In this document: piece by piece, positions 9,926 through 19,955 of the stretch
Numbering within the stretch: the stretch's first letter is position 1
How the letters are laid out: each line of letters begins with the position of its first letter
DNA from: Myxococcota bacterium
GTDB taxonomy: Bacteria; Myxococcota_A; SURF-8; G963663525
NCBI GenBank assembly: GCA_963676915.2
Contig: CAXXVK010000067.1
Location: 96,001 to 160,000, forward strand
Direction of reading: 5' to 3'
Length of the DNA stretch: 64,000 nt
Position numbers and translations under genes: made by a program
The notes under the pieces: model-generated
What the model was told of the DNA's origin: nothing
The model's database searches: none
The model's input: the letters and a program-made list of their open reading frames with translations, nothing else

Positions 9926-10705
9926 GTGAAGCCAGCAGCGAAAATCATCGCCGTTTCGAACCAGAAGGGCGGCGTCGGAAAAACGACCACGGCCGTCAGT
10001 CTTTGCGCCGCATTGGCTGCTTCCCGCGTATCGGTGTTGCTGGTCGATTTCGATCCCCAGGCCAATGCAACCTCCGGCCTGGGCGGTGATCCTTCTGAGA
10101 TTCCGAACGTTTATCACCTGATGAATGGGGAAGCGGATCTCGATGAAGTGCTACGCAAGACCGAACTTCCCACGTTACAGTTGATCGGCGCCAGCCCGGA
10201 TCTGGCGGGAGCCGAAATCGAAATGGCCGAGTTGGAAGACAGGCACCATCTCTTACGAGATGCCTTGCAACCGGCGCGTGAACGGTACGAGTTCATTTTT
10301 ATCGATTGTCCCCCCTCTTTGTCTCTGTTGACTCTCAACGGGCTGGCGGCGGCGGACAGCGTGTTGATTCCCGTGCAGTCCGAATATTATGCGCTTGAAG
10401 GCGTGTCACGGCTGACACAAACGATTCAACTCGTGCAGGATAGCGTCAATTCCGAACTTGAAGTCGAGGGTTTGTTGTTGACGATGACGACCCGCACCAA
10501 CCTGTCTTCCGATGTCGCCTACGAATTGCGCGGACACTTCCAATCGCTCGTTTTCGATACGGAAATTCCACGAAACGTGCGGTTGTCGGAAGCGCCATCC
10601 CACGGAAAGCCTATCATTACATATGATCTTGCATCCAAGGGAGCGGAAAGTTACCTGAAACTGGCCCGTGAGTTTCTCAAGCGCAACGGGAGAGGAAATT
10701 CATGA
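9926..10705 (+). CDS. parA: Chromosome partitioning ATPase ParA/Soj
   Basis: NQKGGVGKTT, DFDPQANAT, IDCPPSL, IPRNVRLSEAPSHG. Confidence 0.96.
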   Translation: MKPAAKIIAVSNQKGGVGKTTTAVSLCAALAASRVSVLLVDFDPQANATSGLGGDPSEIPNVYHLMNGEADLDEVLRKTELPTLQLIGASPDLAGAEIEMAELEDRHHLLRDALQPARERYEFIFIDCPPSLSLLTLNGLAAADSVLIPVQSEYYALEGVSRLTQTIQLVQDSVNSELEVEGLLLTMTTRTNLSSDVAYELRGHFQSLVFDTEIPRNVRLSEAPSHGKPIITYDLASKGAESYLKLAREFLKRNGRGNS

Positions 10706-11589
10706 GCGCGAAAAAAGCTACCGGCAAAACCAAACGCGGTCTGGGACGGGGCATGTCAGCCCTGCTACCTTCTGCCTCTCCTGCCGTGAAAAGCGATAAA
10801 ACACTGATCACCGTAGGTGTCGAAGAAATCTCTCCCATGCCGGGGCAGCCTCGCTACCATTTCGATCCCGAGGCCATCGAAGATCTCGCCCGTTCGATCA
10901 AGCGTCACGGTATTTTACAGCCGCTTTTGGTGCGAAAAACGGACGACGGATATCAACTCGTAGCCGGTGAGCGTCGCTGGCGTGCAGCCCAGCAGGCTGG
11001 ATTGTCCAACGTTCCGGTAATCGTCAAACAGGTCGATGAAGACGAAGCGTTTCAGTGGGCGCTCGTCGAGAATATCCACCGTAAAGACCTCAATGCCATG
11101 GAAATCGCTCGGGCTTTCCAACGACTGGTCAAAGAGCACAAACTCAATCAGCAGGATATCGCCGAGCAGGTCGAGAAAGACCGTGCCTCGGTGGCCAATT
11201 ACCTGCGCTTGCTGAAATTACCCAAGGAAATCCAAGACTTGGTGGAAGAAGGTCGTATTCCGTTCGGTCATGCTCGGGCGTTGGCCTCGCTCAACGGCGA
11301 AGAGATCAAGCAGATCAATTTCAAAGCACTGCTCGAAGGCAGACTTACCGTCCGGCAGATCGAGCACCGCGTGGCGGAAATCAAAAAGAGTCGGGAAAAC
11401 CCCGATACTCCCCCAAAAAAAGCTCCCAAAGAGAGCGTACAGTTGCGCCACTTACGTGAATCGGTGGAACGCACGGTCGGGCTGAAAGTATCGCTCAAGG
11501 ACAAAAAGGGAAAAGGCACGCTGAGTTTTCACTACACGAACCTGGACGAACTGGACAACATTCTCGAACGTCTGGGCGTCAAGCAGTAG
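10702..11589 (+). CDS. parB: Chromosome partitioning protein ParB/Spo0J
   Basis: LGRGMSAL, QPR, AGERRWRAA, ENIHRKDL, HTH region; ATGA overlap with parA. Confidence 0.96.
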   Translation: MSAKKATGKTKRGLGRGMSALLPSASPAVKSDKTLITVGVEEISPMPGQPRYHFDPEAIEDLARSIKRHGILQPLLVRKTDDGYQLVAGERRWRAAQQAGLSNVPVIVKQVDEDEAFQWALVENIHRKDLNAMEIARAFQRLVKEHKLNQQDIAEQVEKDRASVANYLRLLKLPKEIQDLVEEGRIPFGHARALASLNGEEIKQINFKALLEGRLTVRQIEHRVAEIKKSRENPDTPPKKAPKESVQLRHLRESVERTVGLKVSLKDKKGKGTLSFHYTNLDELDNILERLGVKQ

Positions 11590-11818
11590 GGTTCCGAAGA
11601 AGCTGCAAATCCTCGTGTTCCTTGTGTACTGCTTGAAAATACTAGCTTTTTCATTCCTTTATCGATCAAGTCATTTGAGAATCCAATCGATTCAAAGTTT
11701 GTTGGAATTCACTCCTCGACCTTGAATTTCTCGGCGAAATGTGTAAGGTAGTCACCGTTTATGCGGGTTGTTCTTCCTGTATGGAAAATTCGTGGCGTGT
11801 GACGAAGGGATTGTGACG

Positions 11819-13690
11819 ATGAATCCGCGAATCAAGGCATCTCTCGTTTCCATCGTAGCCGATATCGTTTTGATTGCGACCAAAGGGACGCTGGCGTTTT
11901 TATCCGGCAGCGCTTCACTGTTGGCCGATGCCTACCATTCCCTTTCCGACCTGTTCGTCTCGTTCGCCGTGCTCACGGGCGCCGCGTCACGTACCTGGGT
12001 CGAAAAAAAGGCGAAAGAAAAGGAAAATTCCTTACAAAACGAATCGGAGCAGGAGCCTGGCGAAGGCGAGCGCGTTTCCGACGAAGTGGCGGAAAATCAA
12101 GAGATTGCGGAGGAAAAAAATCCGGCTTCCACGTCCGAACATTCTTCTGCACCCGGGTATTGGATCGAAGCCGGGATCGCTTATCTGGTATCCCTGATTA
12201 TCCTCTATCTTCCCTACGAAATCATATCGACGGTTTCCACTCAGAAAAATCACGACCTGAAATATACCTGGGTTGCAGTCGTCGGCGTGATTGTCTGTAT
12301 TATGATCGCCTATTTCATCTCCCGCTATAAAATGCTTGTGGGGCGAGAGTTGGATTCGCCTGCCCTGGTGGCCGATGGCTACCACAGCCGCATGGATATG
12401 TTTACGTCCATCGCCGTGCTTGCTTCATTGGTGGGGCAGATGATCGGTATCCGTCTGGACGCGCTGATGGCGGTGATCATTGCCGTGATGATCGGCATTG
12501 TTGGCTTGGAACTGTTCATAACCTCGATTGTCGGGTTTATCCGCAAAGCGGGACTCAAGCGCCTGTCCCTTCTCACATGGCTTCAACAGCGTATCGATGC
12601 AGGGTTGGCTTTCGTGTCGAAAAAAGCCCTGGGTCGAACCGTTGAGATGTCGGACCTTCGCCTGATCGAACGTCTGACCTCCGGAAGTCTGATCAATCGC
12701 CGACGTATGGCGCTGTTGTTCGTTCTCATTCTTATCGGTTACTTTTTGGGTGGTTTGACGATGATCCGGGTCGGGGAAACCGGGGTCAAGCTGCGTTTCG
12801 GAAAGATTGTTCAGGACGATATTCCACCCGGTCTGACGTACCGCCTGCCATGGCCGATCGAATCCATAGAACGTGTGCGAAAACAAGACGTTAAAAGGGT
12901 TGAGTTCGGTTTCAGAACGGCGGAAGATATTGTTGGAAGTATTTCCCCGACCTTGTGGGAAGCTACCCATATTGCCAAGGGATATAAAAAGGTAAAGGCC
13001 GAATCCGTCTCTCTGACGGGGGACGAGAACATCGTGGATATCAGTTTGGTGATGCACTATCGCCCCGTTGATCCGGTCAAAGCCGTGTTCCGAGTTCGCT
13101 CCGTTGACGAAGTGCTTCGCGGCCTGCTTGAGTCCGCCACTCGCAATGTGATTTCCATCGAAAAGGCCGACAAGCTGTTGGTCGAGGATCGCAAAGGGAC
13201 GTTGGCGACCATTCGTCAAGCGGTAGAAAAGGATGTCGCTCGTCTGGATCTGGGCGTCGAAATTCTCGATGTGTTCTGTCACGATCTTCATCCCCCGACG
13301 GAGGTTGTCGGCGCGTATCGGGACGTATTTTCCGCTCGTGAGGAAAAAGTCCGTTTGTTGAACAAAGCCGAAACCCATCGCAACGAATCCTTGCCCAAGG
13401 CGCGCTCCGACAGTTTGCAAAACCTTTACGAAGCCGAGGCCGAATCGTTTGAAAAACGGGAACGGGCGACGGGAGATTCGGAGAAATTCCGTGTAACTTC
13501 AGAGGCTTATCGACGCTATCCCGATTTGACGGCGTACCGTCTGTTTATCGAAATGGCGGAAAACAGCCTCACCGGGAAAAAGAAAATCATCGCCGATCCC
13601 AAGGTCAATCGAGGCGGATATCGTATGTGGCTGTTTTCACCGGATAAAGGCGGACCTTTCATGGGATCTTCGAAAGGAGAGCGACTGTGA
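11819..13690 (+). CDS. Cation diffusion facilitator (CDF) TM domain fused to an HflK (SPFH) domain
   Basis: CDF motifs SASLLADAYHSLSD and SPALVADGYHSRMD; C-terminal HflK motifs GVKLRFGK, PGLTYRLPWPIE, LTGDENIVD, PPTEVVGAYRDVFSARE. Confidence 0.85.
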   Translation: MNPRIKASLVSIVADIVLIATKGTLAFLSGSASLLADAYHSLSDLFVSFAVLTGAASRTWVEKKAKEKENSLQNESEQEPGEGERVSDEVAENQEIAEEKNPASTSEHSSAPGYWIEAGIAYLVSLIILYLPYEIISTVSTQKNHDLKYTWVAVVGVIVCIMIAYFISRYKMLVGRELDSPALVADGYHSRMDMFTSIAVLASLVGQMIGIRLDALMAVIIAVMIGIVGLELFITSIVGFIRKAGLKRLSLLTWLQQRIDAGLAFVSKKALGRTVEMSDLRLIERLTSGSLINRRRMALLFVLILIGYFLGGLTMIRVGETGVKLRFGKIVQDDIPPGLTYRLPWPIESIERVRKQDVKRVEFGFRTAEDIVGSISPTLWEATHIAKGYKKVKAESVSLTGDENIVDISLVMHYRPVDPVKAVFRVRSVDEVLRGLLESATRNVISIEKADKLLVEDRKGTLATIRQAVEKDVARLDLGVEILDVFCHDLHPPTEVVGAYRDVFSAREEKVRLLNKAETHRNESLPKARSDSLQNLYEAEAESFEKRERATGDSEKFRVTSEAYRRYPDLTAYRLFIEMAENSLTGKKKIIADPKVNRGGYRMWLFSPDKGGPFMGSSKGERL

Positions 13691-14571
13691 AAAAAGTGCT
13701 GGCGCTTTTCGGAATTCTCGTTATTTCGGGTTATCTCATCAATAGTTCCCTGGTGGTGCTGGATGAGACGGAACTCGGTATCGTCACGTTTTTCAACAAG
13801 CCGACGAGGGTGGTCAAGGAAGCGGGGTTGATCGTCAAATGGCCCGATCCGGTGCAGACGGTGATCCGGCTGGATCGCCGCCTCCAGGCATTGGATTCCA
13901 ATCTGGGCGAATACCTGACGCGGGACAAAAAGAATCTCGTGGCCAGCAGTTTCGTTCTTTGGAGGGTGGACGATCCTCAGCGCTTCATTCAGAGTGTTCG
14001 TTCCCGGACGAACGCCGAAAAGCGGCTGGCCGATCTCGTAGGGTCGGAACTGGGTGTCGCTATCGGTGAACATCCGTTGCATGATTTTCTCACAACCGAG
14101 GAAAACGGCAGTAAAATCGGTGAGATATCCAATCAGGTGCTGGATCGGACCCGTGGGCCGGCGAAAACGGATTTTGGGGTCGAGTTGGTGGATGTACAGC
14201 TTCGACGGATCGGTTTTCCCAGTCAGAACCTTCGTTCGGTATATGACCGGATGCGTACCGAACGTGAACGGATCGCCAAAAAATACCGTGCCGAAGGCGA
14301 GGAGGAAGCCTCCAAAATCCGGTCGCAAACCGATAAAGAAGTTCGCGAATTGTTGGCCAATTCCTACCGCGATGCCCAAATTACGAGAGGTAAGGGGGAG
14401 GCGGAAGCGATTCGGATTTATGCCGAGGCATTTTCGAAAGATCCGGGATTTTACAAGTTGACCCGAACGTTGGAGGCGTATCGGAAGATGATCGACGAGG
14501 ACACGACGTTGATTCTCTCTGCCGATTCTCCCCTTTTCCGTTACCTGGAAACCCCGCCGGACGGACGTTGA
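13687..14571 (+). CDS. hflC: Protease modulator HflC
   Basis: YLTRDKKNL, WRVDDPQRF, VYDRMRTERERIAKKYRAEGEEEA, DPGFYKLTRTLEAY; GTGA overlap. Confidence 0.9.
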   Translation: MKKVLALFGILVISGYLINSSLVVLDETELGIVTFFNKPTRVVKEAGLIVKWPDPVQTVIRLDRRLQALDSNLGEYLTRDKKNLVASSFVLWRVDDPQRFIQSVRSRTNAEKRLADLVGSELGVAIGEHPLHDFLTTEENGSKIGEISNQVLDRTRGPAKTDFGVELVDVQLRRIGFPSQNLRSVYDRMRTERERIAKKYRAEGEEEASKIRSQTDKEVRELLANSYRDAQITRGKGEAEAIRIYAEAFSKDPGFYKLTRTLEAYRKMIDEDTTLILSADSPLFRYLETPPDGR

Positions 14572-15512
14572 TCATGCCGAACGAACCGATAGATAACGTT
14601 GCCCGGCACACGTTCCGGCACGTAGGAAAAATCTGTTGCGGAGCGCTTTTTCTGGTGCTGCTGGTCTATCTGGCCAGTGGAATCTACTCGATCAAGCCCG
14701 AGCAGACGGGCGTGGTCAAGCGTTTCGGTGTGATTGTCGCCGATGACGTGCCGCCGGGAATTCACTACCACTGGCCGTGGCCGATCGAAATGGTGGCGCG
14801 TCCGAACACCAAGGAAATCAAGGCGATAGAGCTGAAGTTCGACAAAACCTCGGCGTTGGGTCTGGATGCTTCCGGTGGTGCGCTGTTGACGGGGGACGAA
14901 AACCTGGTGCTTTTAACGCTGTTCGTGCAGTACACCATCGACAGTCCCCAAAAATACCTGACGGTCACGTCCCGACCGTCGGAGATGCTCGAACGTATGA
15001 TTGAAGCGGCAAGTGTACGGCATTTTTCCCAAATTTCCGTGGACGATATCCTCACCACGGGAAGGAACGACATCCAAAGGAATCTCAAAAAAGAGGTGCA
15101 GGGGATGTCGGACACATTGGGGTTGGGACTGCGTATCCTGTCGATTCAGATTCAGCGCGTCGAGCCGCCCAAGACCGTCGCCCATGCTTTCAAAGATGTG
15201 GCGTCGGCGAGAGAAGACATGCACAAAGTGTTGCAGCGAGCCAATGGAGAACGCAACCGGCGACTCCCCGAAGCTCGGGCGAAAGCCGAACGGATGTTGC
15301 GGGAGGCTGAAGCCTATGCCAATGAAGCGGTGCAAATGGCCGAGGGCGATGCAGAGAAATTTCTCTCGACCTGGAAAGCCTATCGCAAAGCGAAAACCGT
15401 CACCGCTCACCGGATCTATCTCGAAACCATTGAAACCATCATGGCGAACGTGAACAAACAGATCGTCAATCCCGAGGCCGAGAAAAACGTTCGTTCGATG
15501 TCGCCGAGATGA
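14568..15512 (+). CDS. hflK: Protease modulator HflK
   Basis: GVVKRFG, PGIHYHWPWPIE, LLTGDENLV, PPKTVAHAFKDVASARED, RIYLETIE. Confidence 0.9.
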   Translation: MIMPNEPIDNVARHTFRHVGKICCGALFLVLLVYLASGIYSIKPEQTGVVKRFGVIVADDVPPGIHYHWPWPIEMVARPNTKEIKAIELKFDKTSALGLDASGGALLTGDENLVLLTLFVQYTIDSPQKYLTVTSRPSEMLERMIEAASVRHFSQISVDDILTTGRNDIQRNLKKEVQGMSDTLGLGLRILSIQIQRVEPPKTVAHAFKDVASAREDMHKVLQRANGERNRRLPEARAKAERMLREAEAYANEAVQMAEGDAEKFLSTWKAYRKAKTVTAHRIYLETIETIMANVNKQIVNPEAEKNVRSMSPR

Positions 15513-15544
15513 TGATTTAGCGAAATCTCAAAGAAATAGAGAGG

Positions 15545-16207
15545 TTACGGACCTTCGTTGTCGGAGCCATGCCATCGACAGGGAATCAGGAACGTAAAAC
15601 GTAACGGAATGCCTTTCCAGCGGGCCGGTTCGAATGTGCTTTGACCGATCATGTCCCGGCACAGTTCGTCGAGGCTTTCGTCCACACCTTTCATGACTTT
15701 CAGTTGTGCAACGCTGCCGTCTTCGTCCAGATGAACGCGAACGATGGTTTCCTGCCCCTGTAAATGGAGCGGTACCTTGATCTTTTGATTCTGCATTCCC
15801 GAACGAATGAGCCGTGGTTGTTTGAACTGAGGAGCGTGTAGCCACCACGCTTTGGCCTGGGGAACGACGATTCGTTGGTTTTCGCCGGGTTCCGTTGGAC
15901 CTACCGGCTTGAGATCCCCCAAGGAATTTTTACGAATCTCAAGAATATCGGTGACTTGCACGCGACTCTCCGAGTCGTCGGCTTTCATTAAACGATAATA
16001 GGGTAGGGCACTGGGGGGTGGGGCTTTGGACGAAGTCCCGACGTACTCCAACTCGTTTTCACTGTTTTTTGAGGAACCGGTGGAAGCGCATGAAAAACAG
16101 GCGAAAAGGAGAACGAAGAACGAAATTCCCCCCAATGTTTGAAGCCACCGAGAGATAACGACAGAAAAACTCCCGTAAGGAGCCGTCCCGATGTGACGAA
16201 ACCGCAT
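15545..16207 (-). CDS. Putative lipoprotein with a TonB C-terminal domain
   Basis: Hydrophobic segment ending FSC; C-terminal IVRVHLDEDGSV...KG...LDE...FEPA...G. Confidence 0.65.
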   Translation of the reverse strand: MRFRHIGTAPYGSFSVVISRWLQTLGGISFFVLLFACFSCASTGSSKNSENELEYVGTSSKAPPPSALPYYRLMKADDSESRVQVTDILEIRKNSLGDLKPVGPTEPGENQRIVVPQAKAWWLHAPQFKQPRLIRSGMQNQKIKVPLHLQGQETIVRVHLDEDGSVAQLKVMKGVDESLDELCRDMIGQSTFEPARWKGIPLRFTFLIPCRWHGSDNEGP

Positions 16208-16215
16208 CGTCTTGC

Positions 16216-16743
16216 TTACTCCCCTTCGAATTCCACCAGGAAACGGTAGGGGTAGCCTTTGTCTTCGAGCGTTTTTCTGCCTCCGACCTCGGGGAGATCG
16301 ATTACGAACAGCATCGCCGCGACGCTCGCTCCCATTTTTTCTACCAATCGCGCCGTGGCCAGCGTCGTGCCGCCGGTGGCCAACAGGTCATCGACGATCA
16401 GGATTTTTTCGTCGGGGAGAATGGAATCCCGGTGAATTTCCAGCGCGGCGGTGCCGTATTCGAGGGAATATTCCTCGGAAATCGTTTCCGCCGGAAGTTT
16501 TCCCGGTTTTCTGGCGATCACGAAAGGTTTTCCTGTTTCCTTTGCGAGAACCGAACCGAAAATGAACCCTCTGGATTCGATACCGAGCACACGGTCGAAG
16601 TCGAAATCCTGGGTTTTTTCAACCAAACGGCGGCAGGCTTCGGCAAAGCCTTCGGCGTCGTTCACCAAGGTGGTGATGTCGCGAAATTGGATGCCTGGTT
16701 TCGGCCAGTCGGGAATCGTGCGAATCAATGATTTCAGGTTCAT
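16216..16743 (-). CDS. apt: Adenine phosphoribosyltransferase
   Basis: IRTIPDWPKPGIQFRDIT, ARKPGKLP, YSLEYG, IVDDLLATGGT; start at ATG 16743. Confidence 0.97.
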   Translation of the reverse strand: MNLKSLIRTIPDWPKPGIQFRDITTLVNDAEGFAEACRRLVEKTQDFDFDRVLGIESRGFIFGSVLAKETGKPFVIARKPGKLPAETISEEYSLEYGTAALEIHRDSILPDEKILIVDDLLATGGTTLATARLVEKMGASVAAMLFVIDLPEVGGRKTLEDKGYPYRFLVEFEGE

Positions 16744-17022
16744 GATACACTCACAAGCTGTTGATAATGGGACGGAAACAAGATGTACTTGAAAAATGGA
16801 GATAACGCAAGATTGCGACATGGGAAAGAACCTACCATAGCAATCATGTAATGTTTTATTACAATGATGTGATTTTGGTGTCTATTTCGTTCAAAAAGAT
16901 GTCCCTCAATTTGCAATCGGGACGGAAAAAAACGATAATATGTCACAAGATTCAAGCGATTCCGTTTCTTGTGGCTTACGGTTGATTTTCAACGCTTCCG
17001 AGATGTCGGGGCTTCGGGGAGG

Positions 17023-18027
17023 ATGATGATCGTTTTCGCGGTGCTGGGATTCGTTGTGGCGGCGTTGTTCTCGTTTTATCTCGTGCCGGTCATGCGCCGT
17101 GCCGCGATTCGTTGGGGCGTCGTGGACAAACCGGACGGCAGGTTGAAAAACCAACAGGAACCGGTTGCTTACCTGGGCGGTGTAGCGATCTACCTTGCCT
17201 TCCTGCTGGCGATGGTCCTGGTGTATGATTTCACGCCTCATGTGGTTGGATTGCTGTTGGGCGCGACAATTATCGTCCTGATCGGCCTTGTAGATGACTT
17301 CGGCGTTCTCAAACCCTACCAGAAATTTGCCGGACAACTTCTCGCCACCGTGGCTTTGTTGAAATCCGGAATCGTGATCGAACTGGAATTCTTTCCCGTA
17401 TGGATCAATTACATGCTTTCGGCGTTTTGGCTATTGGCCACGTTGAACGCGCTGAACATTATCGACATCATGGATGGTTTAAGTAGCGGATTTACCTTTT
17501 TCGCGTTGCTTGCGTTGGCCGTGGTTGCGGTGATCGACGGGAACGAATCCATGCTGGTTCTGGCCGCGTGTCTGGCGGGAACGTTGCTTGGATTTCTTTA
17601 TTTCAACTGGCATCCCGCCAAAATTTACCTGGGCGATGCGGGAAGCATGTTTTTGGGGTTGATGCTCGGGACGCTGGCCATGGAAGGCAGTTATTCAGGG
17701 CAGGGCAACGTGCTGGGGTACATCGCGCCTATATTGATTCTGGGCGTGCCGATTTTCGACACCTCTTTCGTGATGCTGGTGCGCATTCGCAAGGGAATTT
17801 CGCCATTTCTAGGTTCGCCTGACCACTTCGCCCTTCGTTTGAAACGCATCGGCTGGAGCGTTCCGGCGATCGTCGGATTCTGTTGCTTCGTGACGTTTTT
17901 ACTAAGTGTCATGGCCATTTGGAACATGTTTCTCGCGCCGGAACAGTCTATTGTTTTTCTTTCCTGCATGTTTTTTCTCTGGCTTGGGTGTGTCGTGCTG
18001 TTCTGGCATGTCGGTAATCCGAAATGA
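17023..18027 (+). CDS. WecA/TagO-like undecaprenyl-phosphate GlcNAc-1-P transferase (MraY family)
   Basis: VDKPDGR, YLGGVAI, GLVDD, NIIDIMDGL, NWHPAKIYLGDAGS, SPDH. Confidence 0.9.
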   Translation: MMIVFAVLGFVVAALFSFYLVPVMRRAAIRWGVVDKPDGRLKNQQEPVAYLGGVAIYLAFLLAMVLVYDFTPHVVGLLLGATIIVLIGLVDDFGVLKPYQKFAGQLLATVALLKSGIVIELEFFPVWINYMLSAFWLLATLNALNIIDIMDGLSSGFTFFALLALAVVAVIDGNESMLVLAACLAGTLLGFLYFNWHPAKIYLGDAGSMFLGLMLGTLAMEGSYSGQGNVLGYIAPILILGVPIFDTSFVMLVRIRKGISPFLGSPDHFALRLKRIGWSVPAIVGFCCFVTFLLSVMAIWNMFLAPEQSIVFLSCMFFLWLGCVVLFWHVGNPK

Positions 18028-19181
18028 AAGACACCGTTGTCTACGTGATCACTCATTTGGCACGGGGTGGGGCACAACGGGTGGTGTTGACCCTGGCCGA
18101 AGCCCTCGACCGCAACCGGTTCGATGTCGTACTGATTACCGGTCCGGGGGGAGAGTGGCAGGAGCGCGCCCGGCGGATCGAAGCGTTGGAACTGATTCAG
18201 ATCCCGGAACTTGTCAGGGAAATCTCGCCGCGAAAAGACGCGATCGCATTTTGGAAATTGTTTCGTGAATTCAAACGGTTGAAAAAGAGATCTTCCGGTG
18301 GAGTTCTCGTACATACCCATGCGCCTAAACCCGGTTTGCTGGCTCGTCAGGCGGCTCGGGCGGCAGGCGTCAAGATTGTGCATACCTTGCATGGGCTGCC
18401 GTTCGATGTCTACCAGCCGCCACTCAAGCGCATGGCCTATAAGATTTTCGAACGTATCGGGTACCGATATCGCGAGCCGGTCGTGTCGGTCTGCCGAACG
18501 AATGCCGAGGTGTTGGTTGCGCGTTCATGGTCCGATCCGGCCGTGGTTCGGGTGATTTATCCCTGTACCGATGTGGATCGCTTCCAGCCGCTAAAGGGAG
18601 AGAGAAGCTACCTGACCCGGTTCGGAATCGGTGCTGAAGATCCGGTTGTAGGTATGGTGGCGTCGCTGAAACCTCCGAAAGATCCCTGGACCTTCCTGCG
18701 AGCCGCCAAAAAAGTTCACGAATCCCGGCCTGACGTGCATTTCGTATTGGCCGGAGGCGGGACGATGTTGCCGGAGTTGCAAGCCGAGGTCGAACGCTGG
18801 GGTCTGTCGTCTCACATTCATCTGCCGGGGTGGATCGCCGAGCCGGAGAGACTGATTCCCGAATTCGATCTGTTTGTATTGTCCAGTTTCAACGAAGGTC
18901 TGCCGCTGGTGTTGATCGAAGCGATGGCTTCGGGCGTCGTTGCCGTGTCCAGCAGGGTAGCCGGAGTGCCGGAATTGATCCGTGACGGAGAAACGGGATT
19001 CCTGTTTTCTCCCGGGAATCACGATGAACTGGCTGAAATCATGGAAAAAAGTCTTGAAAATCCAACGATGGGAATGACGATCATCTCCAAGGCGTTTTCG
19101 ATGTTGGAATCTTTCCGACCGGAGACGATGGTTCGCGAGCATGAAACGTTCTATAATGAATTATTTAAGAGACGGAATTGA
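18024..19181 (+). CDS. Glycosyltransferase family 4
   Basis: GGAQ, HTLHG, EGLPLVLIEAMASG (EX7E motif). Confidence 0.92.
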   Translation: MKDTVVYVITHLARGGAQRVVLTLAEALDRNRFDVVLITGPGGEWQERARRIEALELIQIPELVREISPRKDAIAFWKLFREFKRLKKRSSGGVLVHTHAPKPGLLARQAARAAGVKIVHTLHGLPFDVYQPPLKRMAYKIFERIGYRYREPVVSVCRTNAEVLVARSWSDPAVVRVIYPCTDVDRFQPLKGERSYLTRFGIGAEDPVVGMVASLKPPKDPWTFLRAAKKVHESRPDVHFVLAGGGTMLPELQAEVERWGLSSHIHLPGWIAEPERLIPEFDLFVLSSFNEGLPLVLIEAMASGVVAVSSRVAGVPELIRDGETGFLFSPGNHDELAEIMEKSLENPTMGMTIISKAFSMLESFRPETMVREHETFYNELFKRRN

Positions 19182-19196
19182 AGAACTAGAAGATCC

Positions 19197-19901
19197 ATGA
19201 TTCCGATACGAGATAACATTCCCACGCGCCGTTTTCCCTACGTCAACTATTCGTTGTTGGTCGTGAATGTCGTGGTGTTTATCTGGCAGTTGATCGTCGG
19301 GCTGGATGCGTCGATTGTCGGGTTTGGCCTGATTCCTTACAATGTTGTGGGATATTTTTCGGGGTTCGTGACCGCCGATGCGGCCTGGATACCGTTTTTC
19401 AGCGCTATGTTTTTGCATGGCGGTTTCATGCATCTGGCCTTCAATATGCTTTTCCTTCACATTTTCGGCGACAACGTGGAGGATTACTTCGGTCACGTGC
19501 TGTATATCGCTTTTTATGCGTTTTGTGGGCTTTTTGCCGCTACAGCGCATTTTGCTTTCAATTATAATTCCACGTTGCCGATGGTCGGCGCGTCCGGGGC
19601 GATTGCCGGAGTGATGGGTGCATACATGTTGTTGTATCCATCGGCTAAAGTTCGGGTGTTGCTTTGGGTGCTGTTTTTCGTAACGACCGTGGATTTGCCT
19701 GCTTTTTTATTTTTAGGGTTATGGTTTTTGATTCAGCTATATTCCGGATGGGGAGGTGGTGTCGGTGGTGGCGTGGCCTGGTGGGCGCACATCGGGGGCT
19801 TTGTCGCCGGAGTGGGCTGGGTGCTGCTTTTCCGTCGTTTCAAGCCGCCACCGCGTAAACCATTGCGAATGGCTGGATTTCGTAAAAGGGACTTTCACTG
19901 A
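19197..19901 (+). CDS. Rhomboid family intramembrane serine protease
   Basis: MFLHGGFMHLAFNM, GASGAIAG, AHIGGF. Confidence 0.95.
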   Translation: MIPIRDNIPTRRFPYVNYSLLVVNVVVFIWQLIVGLDASIVGFGLIPYNVVGYFSGFVTADAAWIPFFSAMFLHGGFMHLAFNMLFLHIFGDNVEDYFGHVLYIAFYAFCGLFAATAHFAFNYNSTLPMVGASGAIAGVMGAYMLLYPSAKVRVLLWVLFFVTTVDLPAFLFLGLWFLIQLYSGWGGGVGGGVAWWAHIGGFVAGVGWVLLFRRFKPPPRKPLRMAGFRKRDFH

Positions 19902-19955
19902 CGTTCCGTTTTTATTCGAACAAGAACGGATATCGAATACTAAAGGATTCAAGGA

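Noticed and set aside
8939-10117. 392-aa minus-strand ORF
   Set aside because: Alternative frame overlapping the peptidase and antisense to parA; shadow-like composition
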